Source: an uncultured Candidatus Poseidoniales archaeon (lineage in GTDB: Archaea > Thermoplasmatota > Poseidoniia > Poseidoniales > Thalassarchaeaceae). From it: 64,000 nucleotides of DNA. How positions within the stretch are numbered: the stretch's first letter is position 1; the number at the start of each line of letters is the position of its first letter. Both the position numbers and the translations under genes were made by a program. A model generated the notes under the pieces. It did not search any database. It saw nothing but the letters and a program-made list of their open reading frames with translations, and was not told the DNA's origin. Shown one piece after another: positions 37,762 to 47,690 of the stretch. The stretch lies in assembly GCA_963968165.1 (NCBI GenBank), contig CAXAFE010000001.1, positions 7,763-71,762 on the forward strand, given 5' to 3'.

Positions 37762-38585
37762 TCAATTCTAAGATTTTTAGGTACTCTTTTTGGTTCCCCA
37801 AATGTATTCTTTCGTACTAACCAGAATAGTGCAATACTCCATGCCTTCGTCCAAAGTTTCCAAGATTGAAAACGCGTAATAGGACTAACATCCTCAGAGC
37901 CCTGATTAGCTCTCAATTCCTTTTGAAATTTCCACAAATCTCCTCTAAGTACACTATTGAAGGAGATTAATCCTGCTGCGCTTTCAGTATATTTACTTGG
38001 ATTACGGTGAAAAAGCAACTGCTCTGATAGGGGATATGGCGCATAAATTCCCATTGAACCCAAAGGTTCAGGATGATGCATTATACAATTTGGTGCCCAA
38101 ATAATCTTATATCCAGCATCAATCACTTTCCAGGCCAAATCTGTATCTTCTCTATGTAGATGATATCTTTCATCAAAACCATTGACTTTTTCGAGCGCCT
38201 CTCTCCTAATAATAAGATTTGCAGTTTTAAAACGGTCCCATTTGAATCTATTTGGAGGATTATAATCTATAATATTCCCATCATGATCTTCAGTTGTCAT
38301 AGCACCCTCAATCCCTCCAACATTTTTATTCTCGAATATCCTCTTTATTGTTTCAATCCAATTTGGTGATGCAATACAATCATCATCTAGGAATGCAACG
38401 ACACTTGCACTTCCTCTTTTCCATCCAATATTTCTAGATGTACCCGGGCCATAATCAGTATCTGAATCATCAACGACTTCAATTGAATCTGGCATAACAG
38501 TTTGTTTTTCAAGTGACAATAAGCATTTTGACAATGCCTCGGGCCTGCGAAAGGTAGGAATAACTACATCTACTCCGATTTCCAT
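37758..38585 (-). CDS. family 2 glycosyltransferase
   Basis: It has VDVVIPTFRRPEALSKCLLSLEKQT, a DxD-type VVAFLDDDC and the downstream REDTDL segment, consistent with a GT-A fold. Confidence 0.85.
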   Translation of the reverse strand: MEIGVDVVIPTFRRPEALSKCLLSLEKQTVMPDSIEVVDDSDTDYGPGTSRNIGWKRGSASVVAFLDDDCIASPNWIETIKRIFENKNVGGIEGAMTTEDHDGNIIDYNPPNRFKWDRFKTANLIIRREALEKVNGFDERYHLHREDTDLAWKVIDAGYKIIWAPNCIMHHPEPLGSMGIYAPYPLSEQLLFHRNPSKYTESAAGLISFNSVLRGDLWKFQKELRANQGSEDVSPITRFQSWKLWTKAWSIALFWLVRKNTFGEPKRVPKNLRID

Positions 38586-38633
38586 ACACTCACGAAAAGG
38601 TAATACATATTTAGATGAGATGCTATTGTTATC

Positions 38634-41600
38634 TCATGAACAACCAGTAGTCTCACCACATGCATCGCATTTTAAGCATGTACCGTTTCTTCTCATTTGA
38701 CTACTACCACATGATGCACATATATCTCCAGTGTATCCCCTTTCTCTAGCCCTTCGTCGTTCCCTCATTCCTAGATCCTCTACATTTGTTACTGAATCTA
38801 GAGTCATTTGTAGCTCGCGCTTTTCACCTTGAGAACGAAGAACCCCTAATTCAGTAACTTCGGGTTTACTTATTGAATACGGGTCAAAATCAGATTCCTC
38901 CACACTTACATGTGCTAAATCATCCCTACCTGCATATTCAATAGCTAATTCTCTAAATATCCAATCTACAAGACTCGAAGTCATCTTTACTCTCCCACTT
39001 CCTCCTTCAACCATCCCACTAGGCTCAAATTTTTGGAAAGTAAATACTTTTACAAATGCTTCAAGAGGTACACCATGCTGAAGTCCAATTGAAACTGCAA
39101 TTGCAAATTGATTTAACATTGCTCTCCACGCTGCCCCCTCTTTAGAAGTAACCAGTATGATTTCTCCCAATTTACCATCCGGATATTCTCCAGTTATTAG
39201 TCGTACACTATGACCGCCAATTCGTGCCTTGATATTATCTCCTTTTTTCTTATTGGGTAACTGCCTCCTTGTTGCAATATATTCCACCATTGATTCAGCT
39301 ATTGGCTTAGCAGATGCCTCAGGTAGTGGCAATACTCTTACTACATCTTCAACCATCTTAGTTACAATCAATTCTTCTACTTCTTCTACTTCTTCCATAT
39401 CATTAGTATCAACTAGTTGATTCATTAGGGGTTGAGATAGCTTTGAACAATCTCTATACACCGCACAAGCCTTATTCATTGTTGCATGGCTTAGATTATA
39501 GGCTTCTCTTATTTCTTCTACTGTCGAGTCAGATGGCATATTTATTGTCTTAGAAATAGCCCCAGATATGAACGGCTGTGCTGCTGCCATCATCATAACA
39601 TGAGCTTTCCAGTCAATAGATCTTTTACCATATTTTCCACATGGTGTTGCACAATCAAACACTGCTAAATGTTCGTCTTTAAGGCCGGGCGCACCTTCAA
39701 TCATATTATAACCAAATACGTAGTCATTTGCTGTATCTATCTCACTAGAGGAAAATCCTACATGAGATAACACATCAAAGAAAGGATTATCACAATCATC
39801 CTGACTCATTTTCAATCTTTCCTTACATATTGCTTCTCCCAATATATTGGAAGAAAATGCAGAACGAATATCAAACACATCTGCAAAACTATCCTCAATT
39901 TTCTTAACAGTTTTGTTATCGAATCCCAGACTTAACAATTTCTCTGCAGAAAGATGAGGGCAATTACTCAGCGTTTTACTACCTGTAATATATTCTTCAA
40001 TTTCACGAGTTTCCCTTTCGGAATATCCTAATCTTTTCAATGCATTTGATACCCCTCCATTTACGATTCTCAATGACCCTCCTCCTGCTAAGGTTTTGTA
40101 TTGTACTAAAGAGAATTGAGGCTCAACACCAGTTGTATCAGCACCCATCACTAACCCAATTGTCCCAGTTGGAGCAATTACTGTAGTTTGCGCGTTTCTA
40201 TACCCGTGCTCTTCTCCTTCTCTCAATGCAACATCCCATGCATTTCTGGCAGCTTCCAACAAATCTTTTGGACATTTCTTAGGGTCGATACTCATCGGCG
40301 TAACGGACAAACCTTCATATTCACTTGAATCATTTCCGTATGCAGCTCTTCTATGATTTCGCATAACTTTGAGCATGTGATCTTTATTTCTTTCATAATC
40401 AGGATAAGGTCCTAGAATTGATGCTATTTCAGCACTTGTTGCATAAGATTCTCCACACATGATAGCAGTCATAGCCCCACAGATTGCATATCCTCTTTCA
40501 TCATCATAGGGAATACCCATATGCATTAATAATGACCCAATATTACAATATCCAAGCCCCAAGGTTCGATAATCATAAGATTTCATAGCTATCTCAGCAG
40601 AAGGAAATTGTGCCATCAAAACACTAATTTCGAGCGTCGTGGTCCACAATCTTACACTATGACGAAAATTCTCAATATTAAAAATCTGAGTATTCATATC
40701 ATAATACTTTAGAAGATTTATACTGGCCAAATTACAAGCCGTATCATCTAAGAACATGTATTCTGAACAAGGATTGGAACCATTTATTTTCCCTCCTTCT
40801 GGACATGTGTGCCATTCATTAATTGTAGTATCAAATTGTACTCCAGGGTCAGCACATGCCCACGCAGTATAGGCCACTTTGTCCCATAGTTCTCCAGCAT
40901 CAAGCACCTTACAAGCTTCTGGCACTCTATTTTCTTCTTCTGCCTTATCTAACTCTGTTCTCCAATATAAATTCCAATTATTATTATTTTTCACAGCGTC
41001 CATAAATTCATTTGGTACTCTCACAGAATTATTACTATTTTGTCCGGAAACTGTCATGTAAGCCTCACCTTGCCAATCAGTATCGAATACATCAAAATCT
41101 ACACCCTTCCATCCCTGTTTCGCTAGATCAATAATTCTTTGAATATGAGGTTGAGGCACACTATCTTTTATTGCATGTACCATAGTTTTCCGAAGGTTAG
41201 CATTTATGTTTTGCTCAAACCTATCTGAATTATTTTCATGAGACCATATAGCCTCCATTATTGAATCAGCATGCTTTTGTAGGATATTACTTCCTATAAC
41301 TAAAGCAGAAACCTTTTCTTCCTCACTAGATTTCCAATCAATATACTCTTCAATATCCGGATGATCAAGATCAAGCGTGACCATCTTGGCTGCTCTTCGA
41401 GTAGTTCCCCCGGATTTTATTGCTCCTGCTGCTCTATCTCCAATCTTCAAGAATGATAACAAACCAGAGGACCTACCTCCTCCTGATAACGGCTCATCTT
41501 TACCCCTAATCCTTGAGAAGTTGGATCCTGTTCCAGATCCATACTTGAATAATAATGCTTCACGATTCCATAATCCCATTATTGAACCAGTACCTCCGAC

Positions 41601-42275
41601 TAACTCATCAGAAACAGACTGAATAAAACAGGCATGCGGTTGCGGGTGTTCATATGCATTTATTGATAGATTCAATTCGCCGGTTGAAGGATCAACATAA
41701 TGATGGCCCTGAGCAGGCCCTTCTATTCCGTATGCCCAATGCAATCCAGTATTGAACCACTGCGGACTATTAGGCGCAGACCTCTGACTAGCAATCAAAT
41801 AGCACATTTCATCAAAATATGCTAATGCATCAACTTCAGAAGCAAAATATCCATATTTCCATCCCCAGTATGTCCAAGTACCTGCTAATCTTCTAAATAG
41901 ACTTCTTCCGTCAATTTCTCCTCCAAACCTTTCTTTTTTATCTACTGTCTGTAATTTTTCATGATCTGGCTCACTCCTTTGAAGCCAAACTGGCACACCT
42001 TCTTCAGGAATTTTTCTTAGATATATGGGAACTCCTGCTTTACGAAGATACTTTTGGGCCAAGACCTTTCCAGGAACACCAGAAAAACCAGATGGTAACT
42101 TAACTCCATATATTGATTCAGCCATCGAACCATCAGGATTTCTTATTTCAACATCCATTTCTATCCAGTTAAATGAACCAAAAGGATCATCGCCAGCAGC
42201 AGTAAAACGTCTTTCAATGACCATGCCATTTTCTTCTTCTGATGAGGATTCAACCTTCTTTATTTTTGATTGCAT
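38634..42275 (-). CDS. nrdJ: adenosylcobalamin-dependent (class II) ribonucleotide reductase, long form with C-terminal Zn-ribbon
   Basis: 1213 aa. The active-site finger is NPCSEYMFLDDTACNLASINL. Also present are VIAPTGTIGLVMGADTTGVEPQF and ISKTINMP. The C-terminal CASCGS...CLKCDACG is typical of NrdJ tails. Confidence 0.93.
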   Translation of the reverse strand: MQSKIKKVESSSEEENGMVIERRFTAAGDDPFGSFNWIEMDVEIRNPDGSMAESIYGVKLPSGFSGVPGKVLAQKYLRKAGVPIYLRKIPEEGVPVWLQRSEPDHEKLQTVDKKERFGGEIDGRSLFRRLAGTWTYWGWKYGYFASEVDALAYFDEMCYLIASQRSAPNSPQWFNTGLHWAYGIEGPAQGHHYVDPSTGELNLSINAYEHPQPHACFIQSVSDELVGGTGSIMGLWNREALLFKYGSGTGSNFSRIRGKDEPLSGGGRSSGLLSFLKIGDRAAGAIKSGGTTRRAAKMVTLDLDHPDIEEYIDWKSSEEEKVSALVIGSNILQKHADSIMEAIWSHENNSDRFEQNINANLRKTMVHAIKDSVPQPHIQRIIDLAKQGWKGVDFDVFDTDWQGEAYMTVSGQNSNNSVRVPNEFMDAVKNNNNWNLYWRTELDKAEEENRVPEACKVLDAGELWDKVAYTAWACADPGVQFDTTINEWHTCPEGGKINGSNPCSEYMFLDDTACNLASINLLKYYDMNTQIFNIENFRHSVRLWTTTLEISVLMAQFPSAEIAMKSYDYRTLGLGYCNIGSLLMHMGIPYDDERGYAICGAMTAIMCGESYATSAEIASILGPYPDYERNKDHMLKVMRNHRRAAYGNDSSEYEGLSVTPMSIDPKKCPKDLLEAARNAWDVALREGEEHGYRNAQTTVIAPTGTIGLVMGADTTGVEPQFSLVQYKTLAGGGSLRIVNGGVSNALKRLGYSERETREIEEYITGSKTLSNCPHLSAEKLLSLGFDNKTVKKIEDSFADVFDIRSAFSSNILGEAICKERLKMSQDDCDNPFFDVLSHVGFSSSEIDTANDYVFGYNMIEGAPGLKDEHLAVFDCATPCGKYGKRSIDWKAHVMMMAAAQPFISGAISKTINMPSDSTVEEIREAYNLSHATMNKACAVYRDCSKLSQPLMNQLVDTNDMEEVEEVEELIVTKMVEDVVRVLPLPEASAKPIAESMVEYIATRRQLPNKKKGDNIKARIGGHSVRLITGEYPDGKLGEIILVTSKEGAAWRAMLNQFAIAVSIGLQHGVPLEAFVKVFTFQKFEPSGMVEGGSGRVKMTSSLVDWIFRELAIEYAGRDDLAHVSVEESDFDPYSISKPEVTELGVLRSQGEKRELQMTLDSVTNVEDLGMRERRRARERGYTGDICASCGSSQMRRNGTCLKCDACGETTGCS

Positions 42276-42293
42276 TATATATCAACTCTCTAA

Positions 42294-42301
42294 ATTTTAT
42301 A
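42294..42301 (-). promoter_or_regulatory. putative TATA box of nrdJ (leaderless or very short leader)
   Basis: The minus strand reads TATAAAAT, ending 19 nt upstream of the nrdJ ATG (42275). Based on position and sequence only. Confidence 0.25.
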
Positions 42302-42433
42302 GACGATTTCTCTAGTCTCCCGCATGGCGGGATTTCATCTTCGGGATAGAGGGTGTTTAATTCTTGAGGAAGGTCCATGCCTAAATAATGTCATTAGTCC
42401 AATTTCTAAATATTTCTGAATTCGCCAAGACAA

Positions 42434-42835
42434 TTAATTATTGGAATCAATAATCTTTAATTGCCACTCTAATTTTACACCAAAACCAGTCAACATTATT
42501 CCGACAGAACACAATTTCTCGTGACTGTATTCTATTATTCTATGTACTAACTCTTCTGGAACATTTCCCTCGATAACATACTTCAAATTGATACTTGAAA
42601 AAACTCTCGGTTTTTCCTCTACACGCTTAGCATCTATTTCAATATGAGCAGATTTTACATTTTCCATTCGCCCCTTTAATCCTCCTATGATATCGATGAA
42701 AGAACATGCAGCATGCGCATGAAGAACCATTTCCATAGGGCTTGGGTGATCTTCACCATAAATTCCAAAACGCTTACCATTTGAAGTAATGCCCTCCATC
42801 GTTTGGCCCTCAACCCATCGAACTATACCTTGCAT
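42434..42835 (-). CDS. OsmC/Ohr-family peroxiredoxin-like protein
   Basis: 133 aa with two Cys in the family-typical contexts (HAHAACSFIDI and HEKLCSVGIM). Confidence 0.75.
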   Translation of the reverse strand: MQGIVRWVEGQTMEGITSNGKRFGIYGEDHPSPMEMVLHAHAACSFIDIIGGLKGRMENVKSAHIEIDAKRVEEKPRVFSSINLKYVIEGNVPEELVHRIIEYSHEKLCSVGIMLTGFGVKLEWQLKIIDSNN

Positions 42836-42901
42836 GTCCGGACCTGTGCGTAACTAGGTCATGAGGGTTGGCTTCTTCAATGATTACTAACTGGCGACAA
42901 T

Positions 42902-44137
42902 ATGAATATGTCACAGGGAAAGAATGTAACAATGGACAATGGAGTATTAGTGGTACCTAATAATCCAATTATTCACTACATAGAAGGAGATGGCATAGGT
43001 ATTGACATAACTCCAGTGATGATAAATGTAGTAAATGCCGCAGTTAAAAAAGCATATAATGATGATAAAGTTATTTTTTGGAGCGAAGTTTTGGCAGGAC
43101 AAAAAGCATTCGATACTACGGGTGAATGGCTACCTGATAAAACCCTTAAAGCGTTAGAAAATGGACTAATTTCTATTAAAGGACCTCTCACTACTCCTGT
43201 CGGAGGAGGAATTAGAAGTTTGAATGTGGCTTTACGTCAAAAATTAGATCTCTATGCATGCGTTCGTCCGGTTCGCTGGTATGAAGGAACCCCTAGTCCA
43301 GTAAAATCACCAGGGGATGTAGATATGATTATTTTTCGAGAAAATAGTGAAGACGTATATGCTGGCATAGAGTGGGAAGCAGGTAGCCCAGAAGTACAAC
43401 AAGTTGTGGACTTTCTTCAAAATAAGATGGGAGTTTCAAAAATTAGATTTCCGGATACAAGTGGTATAGGCATAAAACCAATCAGTAAAGAAGGAACATC
43501 TAGGATTGTGCGAGCAGCGATTAATCATGCTATAAATGAGAATAAAGAAAGTGTGACCATCGTTCATAAAGGTAATATCATGAAATTTACTGAAGGCGCA
43601 TTTAGGGATTGGGGCTATCAGTTAGCCAAAGATGAATTTGGAGCATTAGAAATAGATGAAGGTCCGTGGTGCTCGATAATTAATCCAAATAATGGTAATA
43701 AAATTATCATAAAAGATGTAATAGCCGATGCTATGCTTCAACAAATACTGACTCGCCCTAGAGAATATGATGTGCTGACCACAATGAATCTTAATGGAGA
43801 TTATATCTCTGATGCTTTAGCTGCTCAAGTTGGAGGTATTGGAATTGCTCCAGGTGCAAATATTAATTATAACACTGGAATCTCTATTTTTGAAGCAACA
43901 CATGGAACAGCCCCTAAATATACAGGCCTTGACAAAGTAAATCCGGGATCCTTGATATTATCAGCTGAAATGATGCTAAGACATATGGGTTGGGGTGAAG
44001 CTGCTGATTACATAGTAAAAGGTATGGAAGGAGCCATATCAGAAAAATCAGTAACTTATGATTTTGAGAGATTAATGGATGACGCAACTCTGCTTAAATG
44101 TAGCGAATTCGGTCAAGCTTTGATTTTGAATATGTAG
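42902..44137 (+). CDS. icd: isocitrate dehydrogenase (NADP-type, homodimeric)
   Basis: It has [59 protein letters not shown] and [11 protein letters not shown]. Confidence 0.93.
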   Translation: MNMSQGKNVTMDNGVLVVPNNPIIHYIEGDGIGIDITPVMINVVNAAVKKAYNDDKVIFWSEVLAGQKAFDTTGEWLPDKTLKALENGLISIKGPLTTPVGGGIRSLNVALRQKLDLYACVRPVRWYEGTPSPVKSPGDVDMIIFRENSEDVYAGIEWEAGSPEVQQVVDFLQNKMGVSKIRFPDTSGIGIKPISKEGTSRIVRAAINHAINENKESVTIVHKGNIMKFTEGAFRDWGYQLAKDEFGALEIDEGPWCSIINPNNGNKIIIKDVIADAMLQQILTRPREYDVLTTMNLNGDYISDALAAQVGGIGIAPGANINYNTGISIFEATHGTAPKYTGLDKVNPGSLILSAEMMLRHMGWGEAADYIVKGMEGAISEKSVTYDFERLMDDATLLKCSEFGQALILNM

Positions 44138-46468
44138 TTATTCTTCTGTTTTATCATGTCTCAACCATGAAGGTGCCCACCAGTTTAATTTACCCATTAA
44201 TCTCATGGTTGAAGGAACAACCAATGCTCTTACTATCGTCGCATCAACAGCAACTCCAAGGGCTAACATAAATCCAAATTGTTTCATTAATGAAACTGAA
44301 GATAGCCCAAAGGCTGAGAATACTGTTATCATAACTAATGCTGCAGAAGTAATTATCCTTCCACTCTTTTGAAGACCGATAGCAACTGCTTTTGTGTTAT
44401 CTTTGGTCCTCTCCCATTCCTCATGTATCCTAGATAACATCAAAACTTCGTAATCCATACTCAGGCCAAAAAGGATAGCGAATATCATAACTGGAGTAGT
44501 TGGATCAATTGGCTGAGGTGTGAAATTTAATAAATCAGAACCATTTCCTTCTTGGAATATCCATACTAAAACTCCAAAAGATGCTGTTACAGACAGAATA
44601 TTCATTATCAGGGCTTTGAAAGGTAATATAACCGATCTTACCTGCAAAAATATTAGAATATAACTAGTTATTAGGATAAATGCTATAGCAATCGGCATAT
44701 TTTCTATTACTGCATCTAACACATCCTGATTATAAGCTGCCAAACCGGCTACATAAACCTTTGAATCTCCACCAAATTGAATATTCTTAGATTCAGAATT
44801 TCTTATTTCCTTCACAACATTTCTAGAATCTTCACTAGCCTGATCACCTATTATTCCAACATTTACAACAACTATGCCATTACTACCAATTGAGCTACTT
44901 CTGTGAAAATCACGCTGTAAATTGATTACATATTTTTGTTCTTCAGTAAGACTTTCGTCCCTGGACTCATCCCAAAATAAAATCACATCATCAACTGACA
45001 TATTACTATCAAAATGAGCATAATTATAGACATAACTAGTACTTTCGATATTGAGTATTTGAACTGAGAAATCATATAAACTTCTTAAATTTTCTTCAGA
45101 AAATGGATCAGTTCCATCCACAGTTTCGAAGACAACCTGTATTGTATTAGCAATGTCTTCAGGCCACTTTTCATCAGTCTTCTCCATACCATTTCTTGAT
45201 TCATCATCTGGGCTGAGGGCTTTCCAAGTAGTTATGCCCCATTCCGCATTAAGAAATGGTGATCCTGCTAACATTAAGACTATGATTGCAGGTATCAGAA
45301 CTGATAACGGACGCTCCATTACATTGTGCGCTATCCATGGCCAAAAACCACTCTCAGATTCTGAACCAACAGTTGAGAAAGGAATCCTAATCGAATTTAC
45401 TCTTTCACCAAGAAGAGATAAGATGGCAGGAAGTAACACTATAGAAGAAGTCAATGCAACAAATGTAGCACATATACCTCCCCAACCCAAGGAAGGCAAT
45501 CCTGTATTATCAAAGAATAACATCCCCATCAAACCTGATATTACGGTCATACCAGAGAAAAATATCGCCCTTCCTGCTGTTGCACTCGTGAGGGCAACCG
45601 CTGTTCTTCTATCATGTCCTCGGCCCAACTCTTCTCTGAATCTATTAACAATGAATAAAGAATAGTCCACACTCAAACCAATTCCAAGTAATGACACAAT
45701 ATTATTTGCATATATGGTTATATCATCGAAAATATAGGTTAGACCAGTCACTATTCCAATCGCTGCTACTACGGTATATACTCCTGTAAGTACAGGTAGT
45801 CCAGCAGCAACTAAACTTCCGAATACAAATAATAGAATTATTAAAGTTAAAGGTGCAGATATCATTTCAGCTTTAATTAATTCTTCTTCTAATGTGAGAT
45901 CAAAAGTTACATCAATTGCCAAATTACCCGTAATCCATTTTTCCATATCTTCCGGGGCATCGTCTGGAAGGACTATATCATCAAAAGTTTCCTTCAATAA
46001 TATTTTTGCATTTTCTCTATCTAAAATTACATCTACTTTGACCCTTGACCAAGAATCATCTACTGTACTAACTAATTCAGATTTATTTGCTTCATTTGTA
46101 TACCATGGATAATGAAGGACAATAGATTCGTGTTCTGCAAGAACATACAATGTAGACTCAATAGATTCTCTGACATCTGTATCATTTGTTGTTTTTCCCG
46201 GATGATTAAAAAGTACATAAAAGACCTCCTTAACGCCCTCATCTTCAGAACTAAAACCCATGGTTATAGCATTCCATCCGTATACTGATTCTAAATCTCC
46301 TTCTCCATAACCTTCAACGTATTTAGGCTCCAATGTCATTAAGCCAGCAAATCCGGCACATAACAACATAGTCATCGCCAAGACAACCTTTGCATTATCG
46401 TGCACAAAAATACCAATTTTATAATAAAGACGATTTTCAAGAACTGCGGGGTCCGTGGAGCCTTCCAT
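44138..46468 (-). CDS. MMPL/RND-superfamily exporter (COG1033-like)
   Basis: 776 aa built from two homologous halves. Each half has a large extracytoplasmic loop followed by a 5-6 TM bundle (..GIGLSVDYSLFIVNRFREE.. and ..GLSMDYEVLMLSRIHEE..). Confidence 0.8.
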   Translation of the reverse strand: MEGSTDPAVLENRLYYKIGIFVHDNAKVVLAMTMLLCAGFAGLMTLEPKYVEGYGEGDLESVYGWNAITMGFSSEDEGVKEVFYVLFNHPGKTTNDTDVRESIESTLYVLAEHESIVLHYPWYTNEANKSELVSTVDDSWSRVKVDVILDRENAKILLKETFDDIVLPDDAPEDMEKWITGNLAIDVTFDLTLEEELIKAEMISAPLTLIILLFVFGSLVAAGLPVLTGVYTVVAAIGIVTGLTYIFDDITIYANNIVSLLGIGLSVDYSLFIVNRFREELGRGHDRRTAVALTSATAGRAIFFSGMTVISGLMGMLFFDNTGLPSLGWGGICATFVALTSSIVLLPAILSLLGERVNSIRIPFSTVGSESESGFWPWIAHNVMERPLSVLIPAIIVLMLAGSPFLNAEWGITTWKALSPDDESRNGMEKTDEKWPEDIANTIQVVFETVDGTDPFSEENLRSLYDFSVQILNIESTSYVYNYAHFDSNMSVDDVILFWDESRDESLTEEQKYVINLQRDFHRSSSIGSNGIVVVNVGIIGDQASEDSRNVVKEIRNSESKNIQFGGDSKVYVAGLAAYNQDVLDAVIENMPIAIAFILITSYILIFLQVRSVILPFKALIMNILSVTASFGVLVWIFQEGNGSDLLNFTPQPIDPTTPVMIFAILFGLSMDYEVLMLSRIHEEWERTKDNTKAVAIGLQKSGRIITSAALVMITVFSAFGLSSVSLMKQFGFMLALGVAVDATIVRALVVPSTMRLMGKLNWWAPSWLRHDKTEE

Positions 46469-46613
46469 GACCGCGCGTCAAATATCCTATATTTCAAATG
46501 TTGATTATATCGTTCTCTGTTAGTGTAAGAAAACTCACCTAATGTATATTTATTTACATGGGGTAATCTATATCACTACCTTATTTATTTAAGACACTGT
46601 AGTGTGAATTTTA

Positions 46614-47666
46614 TTGGAGGATAATTATATCGAGACTGGAAAATATAAAAAAATCAAACCTTCATCATTTAAAGCCGCTGTATATGAGAAAACCCCCGCC
46701 CCTCTATTACCAAGTAAACCTAAAGTCCTGACTGCTGCTATAATTATTGAAATACTACTACTATTCTTATCTCCCACTTGGCGTAATTATCGTTTAGCAT
46801 GGGTATTATTAGGGTCCTCTATTCCTATCGCGGCTTGGTTATTTTTGAGATGGAGGATTTATTCATCAGTATTTATTACCCCTCCTAGGACAATAACCAA
46901 ACTCGTTGATAAACGATGGAAAACATTTTTTTTTAATGGATGGGGTAATGAGAAACTCAAAGGATATTTCTTAAAATCAGAAATACCTAGTAGAGACACA
47001 ATATTATATTTACATGGATATAATTCGTCTCTTGGAAGAGGAGAGTCAAGATGTTTACACATGAATAAATTAGGACTTAATGTAGTAAGCTTGGATCAAA
47101 GAGGATTTGGAGAACAAAAAGGGAAATATGAGTGGACTATCCTAAAAGTAATAGCCGACATAGAATCATTATTGGATAAAGTTCCAGAGATTCTAGGGCA
47201 TACTCCAGATAAACTATGGATTTATGGACATTCCATGGGTGGTTTCTTGACAATAAGACTATCATCACATTCTTCAGGATGGTGGAAAGAAAAATTAAAT
47301 GGAGTAATATTAGAATCCCCCGCTACTTCATTTCCTCTTATAATAGAACAAAAACTACCAGGAAGGGCAGTGATGGCAAACCCATGGGTTCGACACATAT
47401 TACGTAGAGAATATCAACGAATTCACCCAGATCTTAATGTGGGATATTCAAATGCACAGATACCATTTTGGGGTATACCCAATACTCCAATACTGGTCAT
47501 TCAAGCCGAATTTGATGAGACCCTAGGTCATGAACACTTCGATTTATTGAAGGAACATTTCAATGATTTAGCCGACATATATGTCCTGCCAGATATGCCT
47601 CATACTTCAAAAGTCGATACCATAGAAAGGAAAAAAATATTAGAAAATTGGATTTCTAATTTTTAG
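46614..47666 (+). CDS. membrane-anchored alpha/beta hydrolase
   Basis: The start is TTG. Two N-terminal TM helices precede a hydrolase core with LHGYNSS, the nucleophile elbow GHSMGG and a C-terminal DMPH. Confidence 0.7.
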   Translation: MEDNYIETGKYKKIKPSSFKAAVYEKTPAPLLPSKPKVLTAAIIIEILLLFLSPTWRNYRLAWVLLGSSIPIAAWLFLRWRIYSSVFITPPRTITKLVDKRWKTFFFNGWGNEKLKGYFLKSEIPSRDTILYLHGYNSSLGRGESRCLHMNKLGLNVVSLDQRGFGEQKGKYEWTILKVIADIESLLDKVPEILGHTPDKLWIYGHSMGGFLTIRLSSHSSGWWKEKLNGVILESPATSFPLIIEQKLPGRAVMANPWVRHILRREYQRIHPDLNVGYSNAQIPFWGIPNTPILVIQAEFDETLGHEHFDLLKEHFNDLADIYVLPDMPHTSKVDTIERKKILENWISNF

Positions 47667-47690
47667 TACCAAGAATAAAATACGGCATAA

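Noticed and set aside
38634-42275. Possible intein in the unusually long (1213 aa) ribonucleotide reductase.
   Set aside because: The usual insertion points are intact and contiguous (NPCSEYMFLDDTACNLASINL; IAPTGTIG...GVEPQF). I saw no intein splice-junction blocks. The extra length is explained by N- and C-terminal extensions common in long NrdJ forms.
42276-42433. Cobalamin riboswitch upstream of the B12-dependent RNR.
   Set aside because: The spacer is short and mostly AT-rich. I could not see a B12-box-like conserved core. The putative TATA box sits about 20 nt from the ATG, leaving no leader to fold. An Rfam scan would settle it.
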